Of a DNA stretch of 64,000 bases, positions 28,625 to 38,981 are shown in pieces (the stretch's first letter is position 1; each line of letters begins with the position of its first letter). The stretch lies in contig JBJKQR010000012.1 of the NCBI GenBank assembly GCA_046735395.1, forward strand, positions 160,001 through 224,000. Direction: 5' to 3'. A program made the translations under genes and the position numbers. The notes beneath the pieces were generated by a model. The model was not told the DNA's origin, ran no database searches, and was given only the letters and a program-made list of their open reading frames with translations. The stretch comes from Fidelibacterota bacterium. Its GTDB lineage: Bacteria > Fidelibacterota > Fidelibacteria > Fidelibacterales > DSDE01.

Positions 28625-28637
28625 AGGAGATACGTTT

Positions 28638-28955
28638 ATGTCCAAGGATTTTAAGTACCAGGGAGAACGCCCGGATGATATTTTTGAAGCCATTTCCGTC
28701 ATGGCGAAACGCGCGCGTCAGATCAATCAGAAACGGGCCGGCAAATTCACACTGAAACCCTATGTCATTGACGGGGATGAAGAGTACGAAACGGAAATTG
28801 AAGTTGACACCGAGTATTATGACAGCCTTGAGAAGCCCACAACCATGGCGATGAAGGAATTTTCCGAAGATAAGCTGGAATACGATTACATCGAGGAAGC
28901 GGAAGAGACGGAAAACCTGTCGGAAGACGGTGACGGCGAGGATATGATTATCTGA
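28638..28955 (+). CDS. rpoZ: RNA polymerase omega subunit
   Basis: AKRARQIN and KPTTMAM.E motifs; between gmk and coaBC. Confidence 0.85.
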   Translation: MSKDFKYQGERPDDIFEAISVMAKRARQINQKRAGKFTLKPYVIDGDEEYETEIEVDTEYYDSLEKPTTMAMKEFSEDKLEYDYIEEAEETENLSEDGDGEDMII

Positions 28956-28957
28956 GC

Positions 28958-30160
28958 ATGAAGCTTCAGGGGAAAAAAATACTGCTGGGACTCAGCGGCG
29001 GGATTGCCATTTACAAGACGGCGTCCCTTCTGCGGAGGCTTACCCGTGATCTGGGAGCCGACGTACAGGTCGTTATGACCGGGGCGGCGCAGAAATTCAT
29101 GACCCCCCTGATTTTTGAAACCTTCAGCGGTAAAAAGGTTCTCACATCGCTTTTTGATGATGCGGAACTGGTTTCGACCCGGCATATCGATCAGGTTCGC
29201 AGCGCGGATCTGTTTCTGATCGTGCCGGCCACCGCAAATATCGTGGGCAAAGCTGCAAACGGGATCGGGGATGACCTGCTGTCCACCATGCTGCTGGCGG
29301 CCACACCGGAAAAAACCTGTTTCGCCCTGGCCATGAACCGGTATATGTACGAGAATCCGGCCTGCACGGAAAACAGGAATAGCCTGCAACAACGCGGTTA
29401 TCATTTCATCGATGCGGAGGAAGGGCCGCTTGCCACCTCTGTGGAAGGCGAGGGCCGGGGCCGTCTGGCCGATGAAAAGGTGATTCTGGAGTGGATTGAA
29501 AATGCCTTGCTGGGGCCTCAGCCCCTTGCCGGAAAGAAGATTCTCATTTCAGCCGGGCCTACCCGTGAGTATATAGATCGGGTCCGCTATATTTCCAATC
29601 CTTCCTCCGGAAAAATGGGGATTGCCCTGGCGGAAGCAGCGCAGCAGATGGGGGCAGAAACCGAACTGGTCTGCGGTCCTGTATCCGAGCCCATTCCCGA
29701 TGGAATTTCCCTTGCCCGTGTCAGCAGCGCCGAAGAGATGAAGCAGGCTCTGTTTGACCATTTTCATGATGCGGATATTGTAATCATGGCGGCTGCAGTG
29801 GAGGATGTGCGTCCGGCTCAGCGTCACACATCGAAGCTGAAGAAAAATGACATTTCTCCTGCGCTGCAGCTGGAGAGAACGCCGGATATTCTGCTGGAAA
29901 TGGGAAAACAGAAGAAAGATCAGCTGCTGGTGGGATTTTCTGTGGAAACGGACCAGATTATTGAAAATTCCCGGGATAAACTGCAGCGGAAAAATCTTGA
30001 TTTCATTGTGATTAATAATCCGGATGAACCGGGTGCGGCGTTTTCAGCCGACACAAACCGGGTTCGTGTTCTCGACAGGGAAGGGCGACAGACCGAATTT
30101 CCTCTTCAATCGAAAAAGGATCTTGCCCACCGCTTATTGGAGTTATTCATTGCGGGCTGA
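28958..30160 (+). CDS. coaBC: Phosphopantothenoylcysteine decarboxylase/ligase
   Basis: GGIAIYK, PATAN, AGPTRE.ID.VRYISN.SSGKMG. Confidence 0.95.
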   Translation: MKLQGKKILLGLSGGIAIYKTASLLRRLTRDLGADVQVVMTGAAQKFMTPLIFETFSGKKVLTSLFDDAELVSTRHIDQVRSADLFLIVPATANIVGKAANGIGDDLLSTMLLAATPEKTCFALAMNRYMYENPACTENRNSLQQRGYHFIDAEEGPLATSVEGEGRGRLADEKVILEWIENALLGPQPLAGKKILISAGPTREYIDRVRYISNPSSGKMGIALAEAAQQMGAETELVCGPVSEPIPDGISLARVSSAEEMKQALFDHFHDADIVIMAAAVEDVRPAQRHTSKLKKNDISPALQLERTPDILLEMGKQKKDQLLVGFSVETDQIIENSRDKLQRKNLDFIVINNPDEPGAAFSADTNRVRVLDREGRQTEFPLQSKKDLAHRLLELFIAG

Positions 30161-30178
30161 ATCATTTGGATCGGAATT

Positions 30179-30814
30179 ATGCCGAAGGATATTGTTCAGT
30201 ATTTAACCTATGTAAAAGATGTTTTCGGAGATCAGGTGATCGTTCCCCTTTCAGCACTGGAAGACTATAAAAGACAGATTCAGGACTGCAGTAGGTGTGA
30301 GCTGGCAGGCAGCCGGACCCATTTCGTATTCGGCAGCGGCAGCCCTTCCTCTCAGATTCTGTTTGTGGGCGAAGCTCCGGGAGAGGCGGAAGATCTTTCG
30401 GGAATTCCCTTCGTCGGCAGAGCCGGCCAGCTTCTGGACAAAATGCTCGCTGAGATCGGCCTCGAGCGGGAGCAGGTTTTTATTGCCAATGTTCTCAAGT
30501 GTCGGCCGCCGGGAAACCGGGATCCCCGGCCCGATGAAATTTCCCTCTGCGAGCCCTATCTTCATAAGCAGATCGAGCTGATCAGTCCCCGCGTGATCAT
30601 TGCGCTGGGACGGGTGGCCGGAAAAACGCTGATCAAGGAGGATCTGTCGCTCAGCGCCATGAAGGGACGAAAGCTGAGCTATCAGAATGTGCCGCTGGAA
30701 GTGATTTACCATCCTGCCGCCATCCTGCGGAATATGGGACGGCTGGATGACTACAAGGCGGATTTTCATCGTCTCGCCCAAACCTACAAATTGGGAACTC
30801 CCGCCCATGAATGA
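30179..30814 (+). CDS. Uracil-DNA glycosylase family 4
   Basis: CxxC, GEAPG, PFVGRAG, KCRPP.NR.P, HPAA. Confidence 0.92.
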   Translation: MPKDIVQYLTYVKDVFGDQVIVPLSALEDYKRQIQDCSRCELAGSRTHFVFGSGSPSSQILFVGEAPGEAEDLSGIPFVGRAGQLLDKMLAEIGLEREQVFIANVLKCRPPGNRDPRPDEISLCEPYLHKQIELISPRVIIALGRVAGKTLIKEDLSLSAMKGRKLSYQNVPLEVIYHPAAILRNMGRLDDYKADFHRLAQTYKLGTPAHE

Positions 30815-32168
30815 CAAGATTACCCGTGTACCGCCCCAGTCTCTCGAATCCGAAATCGCCGTTCTCGGCGCCATGCTGCTTGAACCGGCCGCCGTATTCG
30901 AAGCCTTTGAGGTTCTGACACCGGAAGATTTTTATCTCGATAATCACCGGGTGATTTTCGAGGCCATGCTGCAGCTGTTTCAGAATAACGCGCCCATCGA
31001 TCAGCTGACGCTAACCCAGTATCTCTTCGAGCAGAAACTGCTGGAAAAAGCCGGTGGCGCCGCCTATATCACCAGCCTGCTTTCGAAGGTGCCCACAGCA
31101 GCCAATCTCCGCTATTATGCCAAGATCGTCAAGGACAAGGCGACCCTGCGCTCCATTATTCATATTGCCACAAAACTCGTGACCGACGGCTACAACGAGA
31201 ATATGACCGCCGAGGAAATTCTGGACGGGACCCAGCAGCAGATCTTTGCGCTGAGAGAGGGTGTGAGTACCCAGACTTTTGTGTCCCTCAAACAGTCGGT
31301 GGGTGAAAGTATCGAACACATCCAGAAGATGGGAGCCAGAAAGGGTGACATCATCGGAGTGCCCAGCGGATTTTATCAGCTGGATCGCATGACAACCGGT
31401 TTTCAACCTTCCGATCTGATCATTCTGGCCGGGCGTCCCTCCATGGGTAAAACGGCCTCGGCTCTGTCCATGGCCCGAAGCATGGCGGTCGATTACGGTA
31501 AGAAAGTCTGCTTTTTCAGCCTGGAAATGAGTGTTCATCAGCTGTCCATGCGACTGCTCTCAGCCGAAAGCAAGATCGACCATCAGATGCTGCGGAACGG
31601 CCGGGTTCCCAATGATATCTGGATCAATCTCACCCATGCAGCCGGTCAGCTGTCTGATGCGCCCATCTGGGTGGATGAGACACCCGGTATCAGTATCATG
31701 GAAATCCGCTCCCGGGCACGCAGACTGAAAATGGAAAAAGGCCTGGATATTATCTTTGTGGATTATCTCCAGCTGGCCAAGGGAAGCGGTCGCATCGAGA
31801 ACCGGCAGAATGAAATATCCATGATTTCCCAGGGGCTGAAGGCGCTGGCCAAGGAACTTAATGTTCCGGTTATTGCGCTGTCCCAGCTGAGCCGTGCCGT
31901 CGAACAGCGCGGCGGAGACCATAAGCCGCAGCTGTCGGATCTTCGTGAATCGGGAGCCATCGAGCAGGATGCGGACGTGGTCATGTTCGTGTATCGTGAA
32001 TTCGTATACAGCAAGGATCCGGAGCACGAAGGCAGCGCTGAGCTGATTATCGCCAAACAGCGAAACGGCCCCACCGGAGAAGTGCCCCTTATATTCAATG
32101 CCCATATTGCCCGTTTTGACAATCCGGCAGCAGCCGATTATGGAATGGAAGCGGAAACGCCGTTCTAA
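30807..32168 (+). CDS. dnaB: Replicative DNA helicase
   Basis: GRPSMGKT, FSLEM, DYLQL, SDLRESGAIEQDAD, KQRNGP. Confidence 0.97.
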   Translation: MNDKITRVPPQSLESEIAVLGAMLLEPAAVFEAFEVLTPEDFYLDNHRVIFEAMLQLFQNNAPIDQLTLTQYLFEQKLLEKAGGAAYITSLLSKVPTAANLRYYAKIVKDKATLRSIIHIATKLVTDGYNENMTAEEILDGTQQQIFALREGVSTQTFVSLKQSVGESIEHIQKMGARKGDIIGVPSGFYQLDRMTTGFQPSDLIILAGRPSMGKTASALSMARSMAVDYGKKVCFFSLEMSVHQLSMRLLSAESKIDHQMLRNGRVPNDIWINLTHAAGQLSDAPIWVDETPGISIMEIRSRARRLKMEKGLDIIFVDYLQLAKGSGRIENRQNEISMISQGLKALAKELNVPVIALSQLSRAVEQRGGDHKPQLSDLRESGAIEQDADVVMFVYREFVYSKDPEHEGSAELIIAKQRNGPTGEVPLIFNAHIARFDNPAAADYGMEAETPF

Positions 32169-32177
32169 GCAAAAAAC

Positions 32178-34349
32178 ATGACAAGCGATTTCAGCCAATA
32201 TCCCAAAGAATTTCAAGCGCTCCTGACGCAGATCGAGAGCTATAATCCGGGGTATCTGGCGGAAACAGATTTATTGTACAAGGCCTATAATTTTGCCCAG
32301 AATGCCCACAGCGGACAATTCCGACGCTCCGGAGAACCGTATTTTGTTCATGTCTACAATACGGGCCTCATTCTGGCCGAGCTGAACATGGATCCGGTGA
32401 CCATCGCCGCAGGATTTCTGCATGATGTGGTGGAGGATACGAATATTTCCTCCGAAGTCCTGGCCGAGGAATTTACGACGGTCATTGCCGACCTGGTTGC
32501 CGGCGTCACCAAGATCGGCGGAATCAAATTTTACAGCCGTCAGCAGCAGCAGGCGGAAAATTTTCATAAAATGTTCCTGTCTGTTGCCATGGACATACGG
32601 GTTCTCATTATCAAGTTTGCAGACCGGCTTCACAACATGAGAACGCTGTATTCGCTGCCGGTGGTGAAACAGAGGCGCATTGCCATCGAGACGCGGGACG
32701 TATATGCTCCGCTGGCCAGCCGTCTCGGTATGTACAGCATGAAGACGGAATTCGAGGACCTGGCTCTCAAATATCTCGACCCCAAGATGTACCGCTTCCT
32801 CGAAAAACGCATACAGTCCCGGAAAAAGGATCTGGAAGTCTATATTGAGCGGTTTTCAGAGGATATCCGGGCCAGTCTGGACCAGTATAATATTGAAGCC
32901 CGGATTACGGGCCGGCTCAAGCATTTTTACAGCATTTACCGGAAAATGCAGCGTCAGAACAAACAGTTCGAGGAAATTTACGATATCCTCGCCATCCGGA
33001 TTGTGGTGAAGGAAATCTCCGAATGCTATGCCGTCCTCGGCCTAGTGCACCAGGAGTATGCACCCATTCCGCACCGGTTCCGGGATTTTATCGCCACACC
33101 GAAGACGAATGGCTACCAGTCCGTCCACACGACGGTCGTGGGTCCCGACAACCGCCTGATCGAGGTGCAGATCCGGACCGAAAAGATGCATCGCACGGCA
33201 GAGGTCGGTATTGCCGCTCACTGGAAATACAAGGAAAACCGTGAGGATGAGAACAACAGCGAACTGGAAGCCTATGTAAAGTGGCTGCGCGGACTCATCG
33301 AGATGCTGCAGAAGGATGTGACCGACGATGAGGAATTTTTTGACACCCTGAAGATCGACATGTTCCGGGATGAAATCTTCGTCTTCACACCCAAGGGTGA
33401 TCTGGTCACTCTGCCTCAGGGGGCAACGGCGCTGGATTTTGCCTTTGCCGTCCATTCCGAGGTGGGTGTCCACTGCATCGGTTCCAAGGTGAATTCGAAG
33501 ATGGTTCCCATCAATACTGCTCTGTCCAGCGGCGACCGTATTGAGATTCTCACGTCCTCCAACAGTAATCTGAGCTACAACTGGCTGAATTTTGTAAAGA
33601 CCAGCCGGGCCAAGAACCGCATCCGGAGATGGCTGCGGCAGAATGAATATGAACAGTCGGTTGCCCTGGGTAAGGAAATCCTGGAAAAGGGCCTTCGCCG
33701 GCTGAAAATGAGGGACCGCATCAAGGAGGCGGAAAACAAGGGGCCGGAGAGTTTCGCGTTTCAGACCCGTGACCTGTTTTTCGAGGCTATCGGCAAAGGT
33801 GATATCACCCTGCGTGATATCGTGGAAAAACTCTTTGCCGAAAATACGCCTGAACCGGCTGAAGAGGCCGAGGCCGGGATCAGCACTCTGCTCAAACCCT
33901 TCAACCGCCGTGAAGAAGGTATCAAGATTCAGGGTATCGACAATCTCATGGTGCAGTTCGGAAAATGCTGCAATCCCATCCCCGGTGACGAGATCGTGGG
34001 TTTCATCACCCGCGGCCGGGGCGTGACCATCCACCGTTCGGAATGCAGCAATATACCCAAACTTCAGTCCGAGGAAGACCGTTTTCTCAATGTGAACTGG
34101 GATGTGCCCCGGGGAAAAACCTTTGTGACCCATCTGCGCATGTTCTGCGCGGACCGTAAAAATATGATTTATGACATTGCGGATATTATCAGGGATAGTA
34201 AGACCAATATGCTGTCCATCAATTTTGTATCTGAGGGAAAGCATGCCAAGGGCAATCTTGCCATTGCCGTGGAAAGCACGCGTCACGCCCAGAGAATTAT
34301 GGACAAACTGAGGAAAATTCCCGGAATTATAAGTATTGAAAGAACTTAG
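32178..34349 (+). CDS. spoT: Bifunctional (p)ppGpp synthetase/hydrolase
   Basis: HD domain (LHDVVED, ADRLHNMRT), synthetase, TGS, CCNP, ACT. Confidence 0.95.
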   Translation: MTSDFSQYPKEFQALLTQIESYNPGYLAETDLLYKAYNFAQNAHSGQFRRSGEPYFVHVYNTGLILAELNMDPVTIAAGFLHDVVEDTNISSEVLAEEFTTVIADLVAGVTKIGGIKFYSRQQQQAENFHKMFLSVAMDIRVLIIKFADRLHNMRTLYSLPVVKQRRIAIETRDVYAPLASRLGMYSMKTEFEDLALKYLDPKMYRFLEKRIQSRKKDLEVYIERFSEDIRASLDQYNIEARITGRLKHFYSIYRKMQRQNKQFEEIYDILAIRIVVKEISECYAVLGLVHQEYAPIPHRFRDFIATPKTNGYQSVHTTVVGPDNRLIEVQIRTEKMHRTAEVGIAAHWKYKENREDENNSELEAYVKWLRGLIEMLQKDVTDDEEFFDTLKIDMFRDEIFVFTPKGDLVTLPQGATALDFAFAVHSEVGVHCIGSKVNSKMVPINTALSSGDRIEILTSSNSNLSYNWLNFVKTSRAKNRIRRWLRQNEYEQSVALGKEILEKGLRRLKMRDRIKEAENKGPESFAFQTRDLFFEAIGKGDITLRDIVEKLFAENTPEPAEEAEAGISTLLKPFNRREEGIKIQGIDNLMVQFGKCCNPIPGDEIVGFITRGRGVTIHRSECSNIPKLQSEEDRFLNVNWDVPRGKTFVTHLRMFCADRKNMIYDIADIIRDSKTNMLSINFVSEGKHAKGNLAIAVESTRHAQRIMDKLRKIPGIISIERT

Positions 34350-34358
34350 GAGGAATTC

Positions 34359-34685
34359 ATGTCGGAAAATGTAAAGACCTTTACCAAAAAGGATATCGCT
34401 CATTCTCTTCTGGAATCACAGCCAGATCTCAAACTGTATCAGAGTGAACAGATCGTTGATAATCTGTTCGGCATCATGAGGGATATGCTGATGGACAGCG
34501 AGACGGACCTGGTGAGAATCGAGATCCGGAATTTCGGCGTATTTGAAGTCAAACCCACCAAGGCGAAACCCAAGGCCCGTAATCCGCGCACCAACGAGGT
34601 CGTTTATGTTCCTCCCCGCAAGAAGACCCATTTCAAACCGGGAAAAATGCTGAAGGATTACCTGAGAGTTCCCGAGAAGTCATGA
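34359..34685 (+). CDS. IHF/HU family DNA-binding protein
   Basis: IEIRNFGVF, ARNPRT, FKPGK. Confidence 0.92.
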   Translation: MSENVKTFTKKDIAHSLLESQPDLKLYQSEQIVDNLFGIMRDMLMDSETDLVRIEIRNFGVFEVKPTKAKPKARNPRTNEVVYVPPRKKTHFKPGKMLKDYLRVPEKS

Positions 34686-35095
34686 CACGTATTCTGGCAG
34701 TCGACTATGGTGACAGAAAAGTCGGACTTGCCGTTTCCGATCCGCTGAAAATCATTGCCGGCCCTCTGGATACCCTGCGGATCACAAGGCCGGAAGAAGC
34801 TGTCGAAAAAGTGACAGCTCTCGTTCAGGAGCAGGATGCGGAAGCGGTGGTCGTTGGCTATCCCTGGTCTCTCAAGGGAGAGAAAAGCGCCCAGACCCTG
34901 AAAGTCGATGCCTTTATCGAGTCTCTGCGGGAACGGATATCCTGCCCGATTATTCCCTGGGATGAAAGCTTCAGTTCGGAGCGGGCCAAGAAGATTCTCA
35001 TCGCCAAGGGGATACGGACCGGACACAATAAAACAAAGGTTGACGAAATGGCTGCCCGAATCATTCTTCAGGAATATCTGGATTCACGCTCATGA
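34682..35095 (+). CDS. ruvX: RuvX/YqgF nuclease
   Basis: AVDYG...GLAVSD, WDESFSS, VDEMAA..ILQ.YL. Confidence 0.93.
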   Translation: MTRILAVDYGDRKVGLAVSDPLKIIAGPLDTLRITRPEEAVEKVTALVQEQDAEAVVVGYPWSLKGEKSAQTLKVDAFIESLRERISCPIIPWDESFSSERAKKILIAKGIRTGHNKTKVDEMAARIILQEYLDSRS

Positions 35096-36582
35096 AACTG
35101 CAATGGAAAACGATGCTGTGGCTCAGCGCCGCTGCCCTTCTGTCCGCCGCCGGATTTGCTCCCTTCAATGCCTGGTATCTGAGCTTTTTCGGCCCGGCTC
35201 TCCTCCTGCAGCAGCTGTCGCAGGGCGGCAGGCCCTTTCTGAAGGGATACGCCTTCGGTTTTGTTTTCAATCTTATCCTGGTCCATTGGCTGGCCTTTAA
35301 TTCCGGCGCTCCCGTCTATATGGTTTTTATCTCCATGCTGGCTGCCGCAGCCTTTCTTGCCCTGAACTACGGCCTTATTGCCTGGCTGTTTTCCTATATT
35401 CACAGACGGCACGCCATGTGGGCCTATGCGCTCTTCCCGGCGCTGTGGACTTCGGTGGAATTCATCCGCAGCTTCGGCGTGCTGGGTTTTCCCTGGATTT
35501 CCATGGCCAATACACAGACAGCAAATCTTCTCTTCATCCAGATGGCGGACATAGGCGGCATCTATCTGGTTTCCTTTGTCCTGATTTCCATATCCACGCT
35601 GTTGTATCTGCTCTATTCCCGGCAAATTCCTGTGAAAATGGGTTTCATCTCTGTCCTCTGTCTGCTGGGACTTCCGTGGATATATGGGATGGCCCGGCTG
35701 AATGCAGGGCTCGATGACGGACAGAAACTCACGGTCCGGATTGTTCAGCCTGATTTTGACAGTTACGAAAAATGGGAACTCTCCAACCGGCAGCATGTTT
35801 TTGCGGATATGGACAGCCTCAGCCGCGCACCCGGTATTGACAGCGTGAACATTGTTCTCTGGCCCGAGTCGGCTACTCCGCTCTATATTCGTTCGAATAC
35901 GAAGTACCGGCAATTTTTACAGAATATTGTGGAAGATCATCATCTCATCCTCCTTACCGGCACGCCTGATTTTTCCATGTCGAAGGGCGAGCTGAGCATA
36001 ACAAATTCTCTGGTCGCATTCGAGAAGGGAAAGGGAATAACGGCCCATTATGACAAAGTGCATCTGGTTCCCTTCGGCGAGTATATTCCTCTGTCATACC
36101 GTTTCCCAGCGCTCAAGAATCTGAATCTCGGGCAGGCAAATTTTGATCCCGGCGCAGAAGGACAGAAATTTATTGTCGCGGACACCCTGGCTCTCGCCCC
36201 CCTGATCTGCTATGAAAGTATCTTTCCGGGGCCGCCGGTTCAGGCTGTTCGCAACGGCGCTGCAGCCATTGTGAATGTAACCAATGACAGTTGGTTCGGC
36301 CGTTCGCTGGGCCCCTATCAGCACGCATCCCAGGCCATTTTCAGAGCCATCGAGACACGGCGTCCCTATTTCCGCTCCGCAAATACGGGCATCAGCTGCG
36401 CCATTGACGTCTGCGGCCGGGTTCATGGAAAAATTCCCCTGTACCGGCAGGCCTTTCTCGATGCCTCCCTGAACAGCTCCCGTACCCTGTCCTTCTATGT
36501 CCTGCACGGAAACCTTTTTGCAATCATCATTCTGGGACTGAGTTTATGCGCATTTATATATATTTCGCTGCGGCGCTCCTGA
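35092..36582 (+). CDS. lnt: Apolipoprotein N-acyltransferase
   Basis: GFPW, WPES, KVHLVPFGEYIP, ICYES, TNDSWF, RSANTGIS. Confidence 0.95.
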   Translation: MKLQWKTMLWLSAAALLSAAGFAPFNAWYLSFFGPALLLQQLSQGGRPFLKGYAFGFVFNLILVHWLAFNSGAPVYMVFISMLAAAAFLALNYGLIAWLFSYIHRRHAMWAYALFPALWTSVEFIRSFGVLGFPWISMANTQTANLLFIQMADIGGIYLVSFVLISISTLLYLLYSRQIPVKMGFISVLCLLGLPWIYGMARLNAGLDDGQKLTVRIVQPDFDSYEKWELSNRQHVFADMDSLSRAPGIDSVNIVLWPESATPLYIRSNTKYRQFLQNIVEDHHLILLTGTPDFSMSKGELSITNSLVAFEKGKGITAHYDKVHLVPFGEYIPLSYRFPALKNLNLGQANFDPGAEGQKFIVADTLALAPLICYESIFPGPPVQAVRNGAAAIVNVTNDSWFGRSLGPYQHASQAIFRAIETRRPYFRSANTGISCAIDVCGRVHGKIPLYRQAFLDASLNSSRTLSFYVLHGNLFAIIILGLSLCAFIYISLRRS

Positions 36583-36932
36583 TCGGTCTGTCGCCGCTCC
36601 GGGCGGACAACAGCCGGAAATCTGTCTCGATTTCCCCGGAAACGGGATATTTGTCCGAAATCAGCACCCTTCTGGATCAGAACGGGTATCGGATGTTTCT
36701 TGATTCCCTGAATTGTGATCTGGCGGGAAGCCTGGAGGAGGAGCAAGCCTCTGACAGTATTCATTATACACTGGTTCTGCGTTCATCTGATACGGCGGAA
36801 AAGATTGTTGTCGGATCATTTTCCCGTCCCCGATTATCCACGGCGCAGAGCAGACGGGAACTTAAAAAGTTCCTTTTCGTAAAGGGACTCATCATGATTC
36901 CTGTTATTTTACTTTTTACGCTCAGATTTTAA
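36546..36932 (+). CDS. Hypothetical protein with signal peptide and C-terminal TM helix
   Basis: Fills the operon gap; hydrophobic termini. Confidence 0.55.
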   Translation: MRIYIYFAAALLIGLSPLRADNSRKSVSISPETGYLSEISTLLDQNGYRMFLDSLNCDLAGSLEEEQASDSIHYTLVLRSSDTAEKIVVGSFSRPRLSTAQSRRELKKFLFVKGLIMIPVILLFTLRF

Positions 36933-36985
36933 GGCCGGAAATGCCTATATTTTCAAGTGTGAACAGAGAAAAGAAAGTGGAGGCT

Positions 36986-37585
36986 ATGAAAAAAATCAGA
37001 ATCATCGGATTGAGTTGGATGATTTTTAGCGCCGCCGTACTGGCCGGTGCGGAAAAGGCGGATTACATAAAAAGCCTGATTCTTCCGGGATGGGGACAGC
37101 AGGACCTGAATATGCGGCACAGCCGCGTTCTCATGACTGCGGATATCGCCCTTCTCAGCTCACTCTTCGGCATGACATGGTATGCTGACAAGCAGCAGAA
37201 TGATCTCTTCAATTATGCCAGTGAATACGCCCGGGCCGATCAGCTCTATGATAATGAGCAGTACTGGCGGGATCTGGGGGACTATATGTCCTGGGATCAG
37301 CACCGGACTGCCATGCTGGAGAATCGTACACCTGAAAAAATCTATAGCGAAGCCTATGCCTGGTCCTGGCTGACCCTGAATAATGCCAATACCTACCGGA
37401 ATCTGCGCCGCAGCCGGGATTTTGCCCGTAACCGGAAAACCATGATTCTGGGCGCTCTGGCCTTCAACCGCATGGTTTCGTTCATCGACCTGATGTATCT
37501 GGATAAACTCAGTCAGAATGTCTCCATGAGCTATATGGAAAGTGCCGGTGTTTCCGGCCTGTCTCTGAATATTACTTTGAGGTGA
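36986..37585 (+). CDS. Hypothetical exported/membrane protein
   Basis: RBS GGAGG, signal peptide, SLILPGWGQ motif. Confidence 0.7.
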   Translation: MKKIRIIGLSWMIFSAAVLAGAEKADYIKSLILPGWGQQDLNMRHSRVLMTADIALLSSLFGMTWYADKQQNDLFNYASEYARADQLYDNEQYWRDLGDYMSWDQHRTAMLENRTPEKIYSEAYAWSWLTLNNANTYRNLRRSRDFARNRKTMILGALAFNRMVSFIDLMYLDKLSQNVSMSYMESAGVSGLSLNITLR

Positions 37586-37595
37586 TGACCTCCGA

Positions 37596-38195
37596 ATGTC
37601 TGTCGCTGTCATCGTTCTTTCATCCCTGCTTCTTTTATTTTTAAAATCCCTGTGGATTCAGGCGGGTGTTGCCTTTTTTCTGCTCATTGCGCCGGCCGGC
37701 AGGAAAACACGCCTGTCAGGGGCGATGATCGTGGTTTTTAGTCTGACGCTGTGCTTTCATCTCCTCGTTCGCTTTGATGAAGCCTGGTTTCAGGGGTTTT
37801 CTGATCGGGAATTATGGGTGAGAGCTCTGTATTTTTCACTTCGCAATCTGAACCTGCTGCTTCTGATGTCGCTGCTTCTGCATCATCTGCGGCAGTCCGA
37901 TCCGGGCAGAACCCTCATATCACTGGAAAAACGGCTGGCGGCACGAGGTGTGGATGCAGCTCCCGTACTCCGTCCCTTTTTCATTGCTCTCATGACCTGG
38001 GATATTTTTCGGGATGAATATCAGTCCCTGCAGCAGCTTCACCGCATCCTGGGCCTGGAGCTGCCCCGAAACCGAATGATGCGCATCAAATATTATTCCG
38101 GCCTGATACTGCCCCTCATCTCTGCGGCCCTGGACCGCAGTGAAAGTCTGGGCATCGCTCTCACCAGCCGGGGTTACGGAGCTGCTCATCCATGA
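37596..38195 (+). CDS. ECF transporter T-component (EcfT/CbiQ)-like membrane protein
   Basis: TM helices; C-terminal PLI..AL.RSE.L..AL.SRGY. Confidence 0.65.
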   Translation: MSVAVIVLSSLLLLFLKSLWIQAGVAFFLLIAPAGRKTRLSGAMIVVFSLTLCFHLLVRFDEAWFQGFSDRELWVRALYFSLRNLNLLLLMSLLLHHLRQSDPGRTLISLEKRLAARGVDAAPVLRPFFIALMTWDIFRDEYQSLQQLHRILGLELPRNRMMRIKYYSGLILPLISAALDRSESLGIALTSRGYGAAHP

Positions 38196-38968
38196 AGGAA
38201 AGCGAATCTGCAGACAGCCGTATAGCTCTCCGGCTCGAATATGACGGATCCCGATACCGGGGATTCCAGTTTCAGCCGAATGAAAAAACGGTACAGACCG
38301 AGATTGAAAAAGCTCTGGAAAAGCTGTACCGGCAATTCTGCAGGGTAATTCCCTCCGGACGAACAGACAGCGGTGTTCATGCCCGCGATCAGATCTGCCA
38401 TTTCGACGCCCCCCGGGCTTATCCTGAAATCAATGTTATCAAAGCCCTCAATTCCATTCTCCCGGAAGATATACGGGTCCTGGCCGCCGCAACCGTTTCG
38501 AACGAATTTCATGCCCGTTATGATGCGGTCCGGCGGGATTATCGATACACGCTGCGTTTCCATCCATCTGCGCTTGAACGGGGAAGATCATGGTATCTCC
38601 CCGGCTTTCATGAACTATCCAGTCTGGATGACATGGCATCCTGTCTTCAGGGTGAAATGGATTTTACCAGTTTCTGTTCCACTCAGGCCGAGGTGAATCA
38701 TAAATTCTGCAGGGTCATGGAAAGTGAATGGATCCGCAGTGAGGAGCATTTGATCTATAGGATTTCTGCCAACCGTTTTTTACATTCCATGGTGAGATCA
38801 CTGGTGGGAACAATGGTCATGATGGCAAGAAAAACGGACGGATCCGCGCAGTTCAGCAACGTATTAAAGGCATGTACCCGAGGACCTGAGATCTATACGG
38901 CACCGCCGCAGGGGCTGTGTCTGGAAAAAGTGTATTATCCGAATTCCATCAACTGGGTTACAGTATAA
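38192..38968 (+). CDS. truA: tRNA pseudouridine(38-40) synthase
   Basis: YDGS.Y.GFQ.Q, GRTDSGVHA, FLHSMVR, TAPPQGL. Confidence 0.96.
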   Translation: MKESESADSRIALRLEYDGSRYRGFQFQPNEKTVQTEIEKALEKLYRQFCRVIPSGRTDSGVHARDQICHFDAPRAYPEINVIKALNSILPEDIRVLAAATVSNEFHARYDAVRRDYRYTLRFHPSALERGRSWYLPGFHELSSLDDMASCLQGEMDFTSFCSTQAEVNHKFCRVMESEWIRSEEHLIYRISANRFLHSMVRSLVGTMVMMARKTDGSAQFSNVLKACTRGPEIYTAPPQGLCLEKVYYPNSINWVTV

Positions 38969-38981
38969 AAGGGCAGCAAAC

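Noticed and set aside
33042..34403. 453-aa antisense ORF
   Set aside because: Shadow of rel/spoT on the opposite strand, with no motifs; the same applies to other long antisense ORFs (12009-12881, 13121-14032, 18963-19886, 54665-55507).
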